Source: an uncultured virus (IMG/VR IMGVR_UViG_3300013306_000014)
Lineage: Duplodnaviria; Heunggongvirae; Uroviricota; Caudoviricetes
Length of the DNA: 60,882 bases
Virus record (IMG/VR): IMGVR_UViG_3300013306_000014
Strand: one strand, 5' to 3'
Below, piece by piece: positions 38,228 through 47,895 of the stretch. A model generated the notes under the pieces. That model saw nothing but the letters and a program-made list of their open reading frames with translations, had not been told where the DNA came from and searched no databases. The translations under genes were made by a program, and so were the position numbers. How positions within the stretch are numbered: position 1 is the stretch's first letter; the number at the start of each line of letters is the position of its first letter.

Positions 38228-38908
38228 GTGGCACAAACTCTGAAAGAAGTAATCATGGAGACCCAAGGCTATCTGAATGCCGCTGGGTTCCCATGTGGGA
38301 CTCCTGACGGTATCTGGGGTAACAAGTCTCAAGGTGCGCTGGATCTTCTGAAAGCAAGCACCATCGACGCTTCCCGACCATTCGGTGTGAACAAGATCCT
38401 CTGGGGTACGAAGTTCACTCAAGCTGAACTCACCAAGCTGGCTGAGATCATCAAACGTCTCAACCTTCCACCTGTCATGATTCAGGACTTCATGTCTTGC
38501 ATGGCGTGGGAAACCGGTGAGGAGTTCAAGGCTAATACTCGTAGTCCTGTATCTTCGGCGACTGGTCTCATCCAGTTCATGAAGGCTACTGCTATCGGTC
38601 TGGGCACTACCGTCGAAGCTTTGGCGAAGATGACTCAGGTCGAGCAGTTGGAATACGTCTACCTTCACTTCAAGCCGTACGCCAAGAAGATCTCCAATCT
38701 CGGTGACCTGTACATGGCGATCATCTGGCCGGTAGCTGTTGGTAAGCCGGACTCGTACGTCATGTGGAAAACCGGCGATGCTCAGTTCGTTCCTAACAAG
38801 GGACTGGACGTGAACAACGATGGCATCATCCTGCGTCAAGAGTGTCTGCACAAGGTCAACAACAAGATGGCCAAAGGCGCACAGTCGAAGTACGTCAAAG
38901 CGGCGTAA
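38228..38908 (+). CDS. Modular endolysin: N-terminal peptidoglycan-binding domain plus lysozyme/transglycosylase-like domain
   Basis: PG_binding_1-like QGYLNAAGF...DGIWG.KS..AL; catalytic MAWETG...SATGLIQFM, DLYMAIIWP; EF-hand-like DVNNDG; AAGGAG RBS. Confidence 0.85.
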   Translation: MAQTLKEVIMETQGYLNAAGFPCGTPDGIWGNKSQGALDLLKASTIDASRPFGVNKILWGTKFTQAELTKLAEIIKRLNLPPVMIQDFMSCMAWETGEEFKANTRSPVSSATGLIQFMKATAIGLGTTVEALAKMTQVEQLEYVYLHFKPYAKKISNLGDLYMAIIWPVAVGKPDSYVMWKTGDAQFVPNKGLDVNNDGIILRQECLHKVNNKMAKGAQSKYVKAA

Positions 38909-38911
38909 CTA

Positions 38912-38965
38912 GACAAAAAAAAGAAGTAAACAGAGCGTGGGTTGCCCCACGCTCTGTATGCCGTT
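38912..38965. terminator. Bidirectional terminator, 54-bp repeat copy A
   Basis: GACAAAAAAAAGAAGT + 12-bp stem ACAGAGCGTGGG/CCCACGCTCTGT + ATGCCGTT; 49/54 identical to 60396-60449. Confidence 0.85.
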
Positions 38966-39338
38966 AGGCTTCTTTCGGCTTGTAGAAGAACTCGTACTGG
39001 AGCTCATCGCGCATCTGTCCCATCAGGTACGCCACCTGATCTTCACGGACAGTTATACCGGTGTATCGAGCAATCTGATAACCCAGGTTAGCGTAGATGC
39101 CTTCCTCGGATTCAGGCGCTCCTTGCTCAGGTTCGTAAGTTGCATTGAAGTCGAACACTCCAGGAAGCCTGGGAGCGTACGCGGCCTTCTGCCACAGTTC
39201 CAACGTATAGCCTTTCTCGGCCAGTTTGTCGAGGATGGTGGTTACGGTTTCAGGGGTGGTGATGCATTCGAGGGTAAACTCGAGATTGCTGTGGAAACGT
39301 TCTACTTCTGGACTGAGTGTTGCTTTAGCTTCAGGCAT
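38964..39338 (-). CDS. Accessory hypothetical protein
   Basis: 124 aa; AAGGAG RBS. Confidence 0.7.
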   Translation of the reverse strand: MPEAKATLSPEVERFHSNLEFTLECITTPETVTTILDKLAEKGYTLELWQKAAYAPRLPGVFDFNATYEPEQGAPESEEGIYANLGYQIARYTGITVREDQVAYLMGQMRDELQYEFFYKPKEA

Positions 39339-39350
39339 TGCGGCTCTCCT

Positions 39351-39977
39351 TTAGAGCATGTCTTCGCCGGGTTCGAATGAATCATCATTGAGTAAGTGGC
39401 GAATGATTTTGGATTGCTTGTGGACGAAGAGAACGATTGGTTCTCCCTTGTGTTCTTTCAACTGTTTGCGGAAGTGTAAGCATTGTTCGAGATACTGCTC
39501 AGCCGTATACTCGGCGTGGAACAGGTCTCTCATACCGCTTTCCAGATTGTCTTGCGTGACATAACGCGTCTGCGCTACAGACCACACCAGAGGACCACCA
39601 CCGAGAACCTTAGGGTAGTCGTACTGGAACTGCTTACGTGCCATGGCGCACGCTAGCATCAGCGCTACGTCATGATTAATGAGTATCCCGAAAGGACACA
39701 TCAGGATTTCGTACTTCTCGGGCTTTGTACATTTAACGTACGGAAAGCGATGGACATATCGAAACGGTACAGCCAACCGTTCCATGTAGTCTGCGAAGGT
39801 TAGTTTGTATTCTTCCTCGTAATAGCTGTTGTGGATTCTGAGCGCCTCTTTGTAGGCGCGGATCTCTTTGTTCTGCTGATGCTTCTCGTACAGGTCCATA
39901 CCTGCTTTGTAAGTCACCAAGAGGCCACCAGCAGCAACTACGCAGCCTACGGCGAATCTCATCGTGCCACTGATCAT
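39351..39977 (-). CDS. Accessory protein with N-terminal membrane anchor
   Basis: 208 aa; hydrophobic N-terminus; GAGG RBS; downstream of an early-promoter-like motif. Confidence 0.65.
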   Translation of the reverse strand: MISGTMRFAVGCVVAAGGLLVTYKAGMDLYEKHQQNKEIRAYKEALRIHNSYYEEEYKLTFADYMERLAVPFRYVHRFPYVKCTKPEKYEILMCPFGILINHDVALMLACAMARKQFQYDYPKVLGGGPLVWSVAQTRYVTQDNLESGMRDLFHAEYTAEQYLEQCLHFRKQLKEHKGEPIVLFVHKQSKIIRHLLNDDSFEPGEDML

Positions 39978-40012
39978 GATGTTGTTTCCTCGGGGGATTG
40001 CTTATCGTGTTT

Positions 40013-40036
40013 GTAATGTATCACCCAAGTAAATTT
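40013..40036 (-). promoter_or_regulatory. Putative early (virion RNAP) promoter
   Basis: Minus strand AAATTTAC-N7-ATACATTAC; resembles the phiKZ early TATATTAC core and motif 55768-55787. Confidence 0.55.
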
Positions 40037-40231
40037 GATTATACAGCAAAAAGCCCCCTCCCCTTCCCTAGTAAAGAACTAGAGAGGTTCAGTCGTCTAC
40101 AACTCCTTCACGTTAGTCCATCGTCGACTTCGTCCCCTAGACTTCTAGTCTAGGTTACTACGTCTCCTCTAGAATAAGGAAGAAAGCTCTTTAACATAAA
40201 AGCAAGTGTGACAGTGAATAATTAACACGCA

Positions 40232-40272
40232 GCATAAAGCGAAGTAGACAGGACCATTAAGATCCTGTCTAC
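40232..40272 (-). terminator. Stem-loop after the portal gene
   Basis: GTAGACAGGA/TCCTGTCTAC stem followed on the minus strand by TTCGCTTTATGC. Confidence 0.7.
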
Positions 40273-40281
40273 CCCAATCAC

Positions 40282-43137
40282 TTACAAGTCAAGCTTGAAC
40301 TCATCTTCAGGAGCCGCAGGCTTACCTTCAGTTGGTTCATCTTCAATAGGTTCCTCTACAGGAGCCTCTTCTACTGGCTTCTCTTCCTCAGGAGTTTCTT
40401 CAGGCTCCTCAGGTTTCTCTTCTTCAGCCGGAGCTTCCTCTTCCGATACAGGTTCATCCAGAGACAGCTCATCTTCAGCTGCTGGTTCTTCTGCGTTAGG
40501 ATCGGTCAGATCCGGTACTGGAGCTTCTGCATCGAAGTCAGGAGCGGACTCTTCTTCAGCTTGACCAAGTTCCGCCATGGCGTCTTTCACTTTCTGGTCA
40601 AGCTTCTTCAGACGTTCCTGATCCTTACGATGCTTATAAGCATCTTCAGCCACGATCTTGATGTAATCGCCGAGGCCGGCGATCATTGCGGTAACGTGTT
40701 GCTTCATCTCTTCGTTGAGATTCAGCAGTGGGCTGCCATCTTCAGTGTTGACGAAGATATCCAACTCACGGAAGAACCCACGTTCACGCATCCAACGACG
40801 CAGCTCGATACCCTTGAGCGATGCGATAACTGTTGGGATTGCTTCCTTGACCGTGTCGCTCGTGTAGCCGTGGAAGTATTCCTCAGTAACGTAGGCAGGA
40901 ATGATCTTGTCCAACGCTTCCGAGTACTTATCGAACAGCTCGATCTGTTTGGTCAGGTTGTCAGTGCTAGGCGCTGGCAGGTTAACGACGAGGGAGTTCA
41001 GGAAAGCCTCGAGGAAAGCCTCAGGATCTTCCTTGTACTCATCTGGAACAAGCTTCTCGTTGTTATCGATGATGTCCATCAGCTGTTCCAACAGAATCCC
41101 CGAGTTATACGTGAACACACGTACGTAGTCAGTGATCTGTGGGTTAGCGATGTTCTGAAGCACCATGACGCGTTTCAGGAGCATCAAGTGGTTAGCCACC
41201 ACCGTCGTAGCAAAGTCAGGCTCATTCACGCCATCGACCATCTCAGGCGTCAGAGAGAACACCCGGTGAAGGTCACTACGCAGCGAGTTCAGCAAGTCGG
41301 TGTCAACAGGCACGTAGTTGCTTTCACGCGGTGTAATGGTGGTCGATACTTCAGGATAAGCAGGGTGGCCAGTTACGTTAACCGAGTAACCCGACATCTG
41401 AAGTTGTTCAGCCAAACCTTGAACGCTGATGATACCAGTTGGGAACTGGTGATACGACAGCGCCATCGCTTCGTTCGACAGGAATGTAACCGTACCAACC
41501 GGGTCACCGTCCTTAGCGTCCAACGTGATGTTGATGTCTTTACCAGGAATCGCGTTCTTCACAGCGCCGATGATGTTGGCTACGAGCAGAGTTGCACGCA
41601 TTGCTGCCAACGCCTTAGCGTCGTCAAGGATCGATTTACCAACACCATACTCGTTCACATCGAAGCACATGTAGATCATGAGCTCAGCAGGAACGTACAG
41701 CAGGATGGTTTGTTGGTTCTTCATGGTACGTGCAAACATCAACTTGTCGATGTGTTCGCTACGAGCGATTTCAACTTCACCACCGAGCAGACCAGAAGAG
41801 ATCCGAGCGATGATGTCGTGTTCAACCACTTCACCGTGCAACTGAACCAAACGGTCGATCAGTGCATCACTGGCATTCGAGATACCCCCGTTGAGGGTTT
41901 CGTTTGCCATGTTGAGCAGTTCACCAGAAACCTGACTACTGGAGCCAACCTGATCACCACCCATTGCACCGCGACGGATGTCGCTGTAATAATCCACCCG
42001 CCGTGAGAATGATAGCGGGAATCCATTCTGATCCTGAGCTACCAAATACCCAACAATGTTGGTCGGATCACCAGGAACACAGATAGGCATCACAGCTTCG
42101 ATAGCGAGGTGATACTCGAGAGGGTGGCCGATGGCTTCGCCACCAACTTGCTTACGAGTAGGCACGACCTCAAGGCGGCTACGCTTCATTCCCTGTGGGG
42201 GTTTGAAGAACTGGCTGTGAACTGCGCCCGGAGACTGAGCAGCTTTCTTACCAGCACCTGTGCCTTCACCATTGGTATTCTGAGCAGCATCAGCTTCACG
42301 CTGAGCCCGACGGCGACGGCGGGATTCCATTGAAGGATTGCCGTAAACCGATTCACGCATCTTGGTGCGTTTGGCTTCCATCACGGCCGGCATACGGAAT
42401 GCTGCCAAGTTGTCGGTAACGCGGATAGGAAGAGCGATCTTCTTACCCTTCGTTTCTTTAGTATCACCCATCATCTTGATGGTATGATAATCCGCCATAT
42501 CCGTGGTGTTTATCCTCCGTTGGCTTGACTCCAAGCTGACGTAGTCGATGCCCTTTGCGGTTGGTAGAGCCAAACCAAGGATGCCTTTTGGACGATACCA
42601 TCCATTAGCCCATTCACCGTCAAAGCTAGCCACGGACTCCATACTGGCCGATTGAGCGACGTTGATCATCCGATCGATAGAAGCCTCGGGGATAATCATG
42701 ATTGGGTGAGCGCCCGACCAAACCAATGCATCATCAATCCAGCCGGTGATCTTTTTGTCGAGGTTCTTCTCATTGATGAAGAAGTTCTCGATGACATCCA
42801 CCATCTGGGCTGTGAGCGCCGTTTCTTTGCCGTCGATCTTGCTACTGAAGATCAATGTGGTCGACGATAGATCGCCTGGCGATACCACAGCGCTGACCAG
42901 GATTTCTCGAGCAATGTTCAAGTCCGGCTGAACTTGGAAGATGTTACGAATGTCAGTGGCGTCACGAAGTGTGCGGCGTGTTACGGCCCCCACGGCACTG
43001 AGATCGACATCCTTGAGTTTACCGCGGTTCGGATCGGTACGGTCAGTGACCAGACGACCAAGAACGCGTTCATCAGCCTTACTTAAATTCCTGAACTGCG
43101 AGACTTTCTTCTGCGCGCGTTCGTCATCTGCTGCCAT
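40282..43137 (-). CDS. Portal protein (phiKZ gp129-like)
   Basis: 951 aa; divergent from the gp128-like gene; YGVGKSILD motif; highly acidic Glu/Pro C-terminal tail. Confidence 0.75.
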   Translation of the reverse strand: MAADDERAQKKVSQFRNLSKADERVLGRLVTDRTDPNRGKLKDVDLSAVGAVTRRTLRDATDIRNIFQVQPDLNIAREILVSAVVSPGDLSSTTLIFSSKIDGKETALTAQMVDVIENFFINEKNLDKKITGWIDDALVWSGAHPIMIIPEASIDRMINVAQSASMESVASFDGEWANGWYRPKGILGLALPTAKGIDYVSLESSQRRINTTDMADYHTIKMMGDTKETKGKKIALPIRVTDNLAAFRMPAVMEAKRTKMRESVYGNPSMESRRRRRAQREADAAQNTNGEGTGAGKKAAQSPGAVHSQFFKPPQGMKRSRLEVVPTRKQVGGEAIGHPLEYHLAIEAVMPICVPGDPTNIVGYLVAQDQNGFPLSFSRRVDYYSDIRRGAMGGDQVGSSSQVSGELLNMANETLNGGISNASDALIDRLVQLHGEVVEHDIIARISSGLLGGEVEIARSEHIDKLMFARTMKNQQTILLYVPAELMIYMCFDVNEYGVGKSILDDAKALAAMRATLLVANIIGAVKNAIPGKDINITLDAKDGDPVGTVTFLSNEAMALSYHQFPTGIISVQGLAEQLQMSGYSVNVTGHPAYPEVSTTITPRESNYVPVDTDLLNSLRSDLHRVFSLTPEMVDGVNEPDFATTVVANHLMLLKRVMVLQNIANPQITDYVRVFTYNSGILLEQLMDIIDNNEKLVPDEYKEDPEAFLEAFLNSLVVNLPAPSTDNLTKQIELFDKYSEALDKIIPAYVTEEYFHGYTSDTVKEAIPTVIASLKGIELRRWMRERGFFRELDIFVNTEDGSPLLNLNEEMKQHVTAMIAGLGDYIKIVAEDAYKHRKDQERLKKLDQKVKDAMAELGQAEEESAPDFDAEAPVPDLTDPNAEEPAAEDELSLDEPVSEEEAPAEEEKPEEPEETPEEEKPVEEAPVEEPIEDEPTEGKPAAPEDEFKLDL

Positions 43138-43169
43138 TTAATCCTCTCCTACTAAGATCGGGGTAAGTC

Positions 43170-45398
43170 ATGAATGCCTACTACAGGCTTTACATCAAAA
43201 GCATTATAAAGCTTGTCGCGACACTCGTGATTAAAAGTAGCTACACTGCCGACATGATGAACCGGCGGTTACTTAAAGCGGGGATAGCTGTCGATCTCAA
43301 TGATCCGTATAGCTGGAAGTACTACAGGAACAACGCGGGTTTGTATCATTCCAGTAACGTGATGATGCAAGTAACCTCCCTCGATGACAACACGATCATT
43401 GACTTCACACAAGCCAACTTAAAGATCCACGCTGCAACGAGAAAGGAATACACCTACGGGAGCAGCTACTATCAGGAATTGGTAGCGGCTTACCCGGATC
43501 AACAAATGCTGATCAACGGGATCATTAACCCGATTGACATAGGGACAGCTATCCAAGCCGCTGACCATACTATCCTCAAGTATGACGCGTCTTTGGTGGA
43601 AGCCTCAGAGCAACAGTTGATTCCTGATATCCAGCGTTACATCACGCATTGCTTTAAACGGTGGGATAACTCGGACTACGCATTGTTCGAGCCATTCTAC
43701 TATCCGGCGTTCTTGGGTATTCTTTATACCCGTCTGACTCAAGTGGTGCTGAACAGTCGTAAGGCTGTCTGCAAAACTGATCAGGCCCACAGTTACCACC
43801 TGCGTCAATACATCAGCAGCTTTAACCAAGCTGTAGGTGATGAGTTCGATCTCATGACGCTGAAGCAGAAACTGTTTACGTACCGGAACATCCGTTACCT
43901 GAACTTGAACCTCGGTCGTGGCGAGACGTTCGATCTGATTACTCAGAAGTATCTGACTGACCGCGGCTTCTCGTTGGCGGGTTACGCTCTTGAGCACGAT
44001 TACGAAAGGCTGACGATTGATCTGAAGCCACTGGTTGTATTCGTTCGTAAGACCATCAACGGTATTGAGCCGGCGATGGGTAGCAGCGTTAAGAGCCCTC
44101 AGGAACTTCTGGAACTCGAGACTCCGCTCGCTCGTGACAACATCGTTATTCAGGACGACGTCGTAGAAGATGTCTTCGCTGAGATGAATAAGTTCAAGGG
44201 CAACCGCCTTAAGACCAAGGTACTTGAGTCGAACGTGGTTGACCGGACTGACGCTGAGCCATTCACGCTGACAGAGGTGTTGCTCAACCACTGGATCTAC
44301 CTTGCTCATTACAAGCGCTTTAATTCCGTGGTCGTGTTCACTAACCCTGCGAACGGTGATCTCTATCGTCTCTCGGTTAAGACTGCCTTTATTTTCTACC
44401 TCTACGCCTACAACCGTTCTATCGGTCAGAAGCTTTCTCATGTTCCGATCGTAAACGCTCGCCGTGTTCGACGTATCCCTTTGCCTACCAAGGCGAAGTT
44501 GATGAGTATGACAACGCGTAAGAAGGTGCCTGAATACTACGTCGACTACATTCTGGATACTCAGGTGCAGATCGGCACGTACGTCAGCATCGAGGCATTC
44601 CGCGACACCTGTAAAGAAATCCAAGCTTTGATGTTGCATCATCGTGACATGCGGAACTACAACGGCGACTACAAAGCCGAAGGTGAGCTGCACACGATCA
44701 TCGACCATTGCTACATGGACATCCGCATTGACCTTGCGGGTGAGATGAACTACGACAACTGGTTGAATAGTGTCGGCATCGACATTACCGGAATGGGGGA
44801 TCTTGAATTCTCCATGATGGCTGACCAGATCTTCAACACAGCTACAGGTAGTAACCTTTCTAACGCAACACGCGTTCGTGAAGTCCACGCTGCGATGCTT
44901 CGCGTCATGACAGCGTTGTCTTCGTACACGGTTCAATATATCGGTCAGATCAACGACAGTCCTATTAAGATTGTCGATGGGAAGTTCCCAAAGCTTTCCA
45001 TTCCTAAAGAATGGTCCGACAGTTACTACGATGTAGAGAACCCTCTGCCTACTATCATGAATCTTCATGAAAACGGCAAGATGTACATGAAGCAGTTGAT
45101 GCCGTATCCGAAAGTCAACATGACCGCCAGAGACCTACGGGTAATGGCTAAGGTTCCTGCTGACGTTTGTATCAAACTTGTAGGTAGCATCGAGCTGAAA
45201 CAACAGATCGACATGCCACTTCCAAGAATGACGCTGATCGATAAGCCTCAGACTGATATCGGTGAGATTGTTCAGACGGATGTTGTCGGGTATCTTGCGA
45301 TCCCTGATCAACCGCTGGGTAGTTTGATCATCGACGATAGTCTGACCGGATACGAACTCCTGACCAACGCGCGTAGAAAGAACTTCCTGGGTATCTAA
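43170..45398 (+). CDS. Virion structural/baseplate protein (gp128-like)
   Basis: 742 aa; WKYY.N.AG.YH motif; synteny with the portal gene. Confidence 0.75.
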   Translation: MNAYYRLYIKSIIKLVATLVIKSSYTADMMNRRLLKAGIAVDLNDPYSWKYYRNNAGLYHSSNVMMQVTSLDDNTIIDFTQANLKIHAATRKEYTYGSSYYQELVAAYPDQQMLINGIINPIDIGTAIQAADHTILKYDASLVEASEQQLIPDIQRYITHCFKRWDNSDYALFEPFYYPAFLGILYTRLTQVVLNSRKAVCKTDQAHSYHLRQYISSFNQAVGDEFDLMTLKQKLFTYRNIRYLNLNLGRGETFDLITQKYLTDRGFSLAGYALEHDYERLTIDLKPLVVFVRKTINGIEPAMGSSVKSPQELLELETPLARDNIVIQDDVVEDVFAEMNKFKGNRLKTKVLESNVVDRTDAEPFTLTEVLLNHWIYLAHYKRFNSVVVFTNPANGDLYRLSVKTAFIFYLYAYNRSIGQKLSHVPIVNARRVRRIPLPTKAKLMSMTTRKKVPEYYVDYILDTQVQIGTYVSIEAFRDTCKEIQALMLHHRDMRNYNGDYKAEGELHTIIDHCYMDIRIDLAGEMNYDNWLNSVGIDITGMGDLEFSMMADQIFNTATGSNLSNATRVREVHAAMLRVMTALSSYTVQYIGQINDSPIKIVDGKFPKLSIPKEWSDSYYDVENPLPTIMNLHENGKMYMKQLMPYPKVNMTARDLRVMAKVPADVCIKLVGSIELKQQIDMPLPRMTLIDKPQTDIGEIVQTDVVGYLAIPDQPLGSLIIDDSLTGYELLTNARRKNFLGI

Positions 45399-45408
45399 GG
45401 ATGCACTC

Positions 45409-46368
45409 ATGAGCATTGCACCAGAAACACTCTTGAAGATGCATCCACTCGATGCGTTGAGGGCTCAAATTGGGGAGAAGTTAAAAGCTCCCCTCAAAGC
45501 CACACATCTGAAGATAGAGGCGCCTGTATCGCTTGGTGGTGTCAATACCAGCGTTAAGGTGTCGATCGACAAGAGCAAGGCGCCAGTTAGTCTGTGGGAT
45601 CGGGTGGGTACATTCACATTCGAGTATCAGCGGATTAGCCTGCCAGCTGTCTTGTCTGGGGTGAATCTATCTGTAGCGGCTGAAGTACCATCGACTCCAA
45701 AAGACTTGATGGGTAATCTCTTCTGGCCGTACCGGATTCCGATCAGTGAAACTGACTTCGTTGAAGACAGCTACGATCAGTTGGGTACAGTCGCAGTAAT
45801 CTCATCCGCCGACTCGTATCGGTGGGTAGGTGAAGTTGATTGCGTGATTGCCCGTCTGGGTCTTGAGATCGCTGGCCGCATTCTGGTTAATACGCTGACG
45901 TTGTCTCACACCGATGCGTTCATTAGCCTTAACATCAAGAATCAGATTGCTACTCACCTGAACTTGATGAATGCTGCCTCGTTGGCAGAGCCGATCCAAT
46001 CGAACATGTTCACCATCTCTCAGGTATCTGAGAATGGACCTCAGGATGCTGGTGACAACACAGCTCTCCTGTTGACGTTCAACGGCGTTCCTTACATCGG
46101 GGCACTGACGGTCTACTACGGTCGCAGATCGTGGCCATTGACCTTCAGACGCCCTGTTAAGTTCGGTGGACCAGGCTACGCTAACATGACACAACTCGCC
46201 GCGTTACTTTCAGCGCAAATGGGATGTGTGATTGCAGCGACTGATATTAAACCAACTGCGATGCCTACTATTGCGGTAGGGGCTAAGGCTTCCTTCCCAG
46301 TGACGTTCGCCAACAACTCGTTGGCTTACTGTGGCGCCATCTTGGTTGAATACACTCGGACATCTTAA
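45409..46368 (+). CDS. Virion structural protein with repeated Ig-like/beta modules
   Basis: 319 aa; F.Y.R.. and S.RW.G motifs shared with the next two genes. Confidence 0.6.
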   Translation: MSIAPETLLKMHPLDALRAQIGEKLKAPLKATHLKIEAPVSLGGVNTSVKVSIDKSKAPVSLWDRVGTFTFEYQRISLPAVLSGVNLSVAAEVPSTPKDLMGNLFWPYRIPISETDFVEDSYDQLGTVAVISSADSYRWVGEVDCVIARLGLEIAGRILVNTLTLSHTDAFISLNIKNQIATHLNLMNAASLAEPIQSNMFTISQVSENGPQDAGDNTALLLTFNGVPYIGALTVYYGRRSWPLTFRRPVKFGGPGYANMTQLAALLSAQMGCVIAATDIKPTAMPTIAVGAKASFPVTFANNSLAYCGAILVEYTRTS

Positions 46369-46386
46369 GACCTAACGGATAATCCC

Positions 46387-46896
46387 ATGACTGACACGCT
46401 ACGGTTATTGAAGTTCGATCCTGCCGTGGCGTTACTGATCATGGCCAATAACCATTTCAATCTCCACTTGAGAGCAGAGTTCGCATCCATTGGTCCTCCG
46501 ATGATTGTTGAAGGTGCTGTGACCAACGTGGTGATCACCACGCATGAGTCTACGGATGAAAACATCTATAGACAACATACAGGTCAGATGACGTACCGCT
46601 ACAATAGATTGCACGTAGCGGACGTCTTCGGTGGTATGAGTCTGGATCTAACGCCGCCCATTACGGTAAAGGGCGTGATGAACAACATCGCGTTAGCTTC
46701 AGGTTTGGTGATTACGGACATGGACTTTGAGAACGCACTCGTTACGGGTAGCAGCTTCATCCTCAAGGCCAAACCGAATTCGTTGAGATGGGTTGGTGAA
46801 ACGACAGTAACGCTGGGAGAACCTGGGACTTCGATCCTCCTCTCCGACGCTTTCTCGAACAATATACTTGACGGATTGTGGCCACCTGCTTTCTAG
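46387..46896 (+). CDS. Virion structural protein, paralog of neighbours
   Basis: 169 aa; YRYNRL and SLRWVG motifs. Confidence 0.6.
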   Translation: MTDTLRLLKFDPAVALLIMANNHFNLHLRAEFASIGPPMIVEGAVTNVVITTHESTDENIYRQHTGQMTYRYNRLHVADVFGGMSLDLTPPITVKGVMNNIALASGLVITDMDFENALVTGSSFILKAKPNSLRWVGETTVTLGEPGTSILLSDAFSNNILDGLWPPAF

Positions 46897-46911
46897 GGCC
46901 TGAGGTGATAA

Positions 46912-47886
46912 ATGTACACACTCAAGAAACCAAGGATAGCTCGATACAGCAAGCCCTCTAAGGAGCTGCTGGTCGACTACATCAACGCTACAAACAACCG
47001 GTTGCTGAAACCTGAGCAGTTACTGTTCGGTCTTCCAACTGTTGAAGGTGAGGAAGGACTGACGTCAGTTGATATCAAGTTCGCCTCGACCAACGGTTGG
47101 AGTGAGGAAGTTCAGCGCCTGATGTATCGCCGTGTAGACATCGGTCAAATCTTGAACGATGAGCCTTGTGCGATTCACGTTCCTGAGCTTACAGATGCTG
47201 CGATCATCGCTGCACTGCACGAACAGTACGGTCTGTTCCTGGAACCTGCGCTAATCACCATCGAACTGGTTTCTCAGGAACCTATCGGTGAGGGTCTGCT
47301 GCCAGCTCTTCAGAACACCGATTACCTGATCACTATCTCTGGCGATCATTTGACCTTCACAGGTAACTTCAAAGTGATCACGCGTCAGTCTCTGACGCTG
47401 CTCGGCTCGACTATCGATTCGCTGTTGGACATTCGTCAGTTCTATAGCGACAGCAACCAAGGCTTGCCTCCAGTTGATCTGATTCTGGAAGATGGTGAGC
47501 TGAAGTTGTCGGACGCTTTCATGTCCCACGATGATCGCCGGGCTACCGAGTCGTATCTGTACACGATTCCAACCGGTTACGTGTGGGCAGACCTCGTAAA
47601 TCTACCACAGCTGCTCCGTCGTCTCACTGGGGACGAATGGGTCTCTGTGCCTGATCAGGAGCTGCCTTTCAACGTCCACGGCTCTGAAGTCATCTACAAC
47701 GGCTTCGTGAGCACCGCACACACCGTGAATGATCCAGCGTACAATTACGTGTTCTGTCTCGATCTGAGCAAATGGTGTAACAACATCACTGGTGTCCTCA
47801 AGATTGCGTACCGGTACTCGGACAGCAAGGTTCCCGGAAACCTGCCGTTTAACCACGCATCCACACCACCACTCTTCTCACGTTAA
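46912..47886 (+). CDS. Virion structural protein
   Basis: 324 aa; GAGGTG RBS; LMYRRVD motif similar to the preceding genes. Confidence 0.6.
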   Translation: MYTLKKPRIARYSKPSKELLVDYINATNNRLLKPEQLLFGLPTVEGEEGLTSVDIKFASTNGWSEEVQRLMYRRVDIGQILNDEPCAIHVPELTDAAIIAALHEQYGLFLEPALITIELVSQEPIGEGLLPALQNTDYLITISGDHLTFTGNFKVITRQSLTLLGSTIDSLLDIRQFYSDSNQGLPPVDLILEDGELKLSDAFMSHDDRRATESYLYTIPTGYVWADLVNLPQLLRRLTGDEWVSVPDQELPFNVHGSEVIYNGFVSTAHTVNDPAYNYVFCLDLSKWCNNITGVLKIAYRYSDSKVPGNLPFNHASTPPLFSR

Positions 47887-47895
47887 GGGACAGCT

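Noticed and set aside
40037..40231. tRNA or small ORF in the non-coding gap
   Set aside because: No cloverleaf or TTC T-loop pattern, and only very short ORFs without an RBS.
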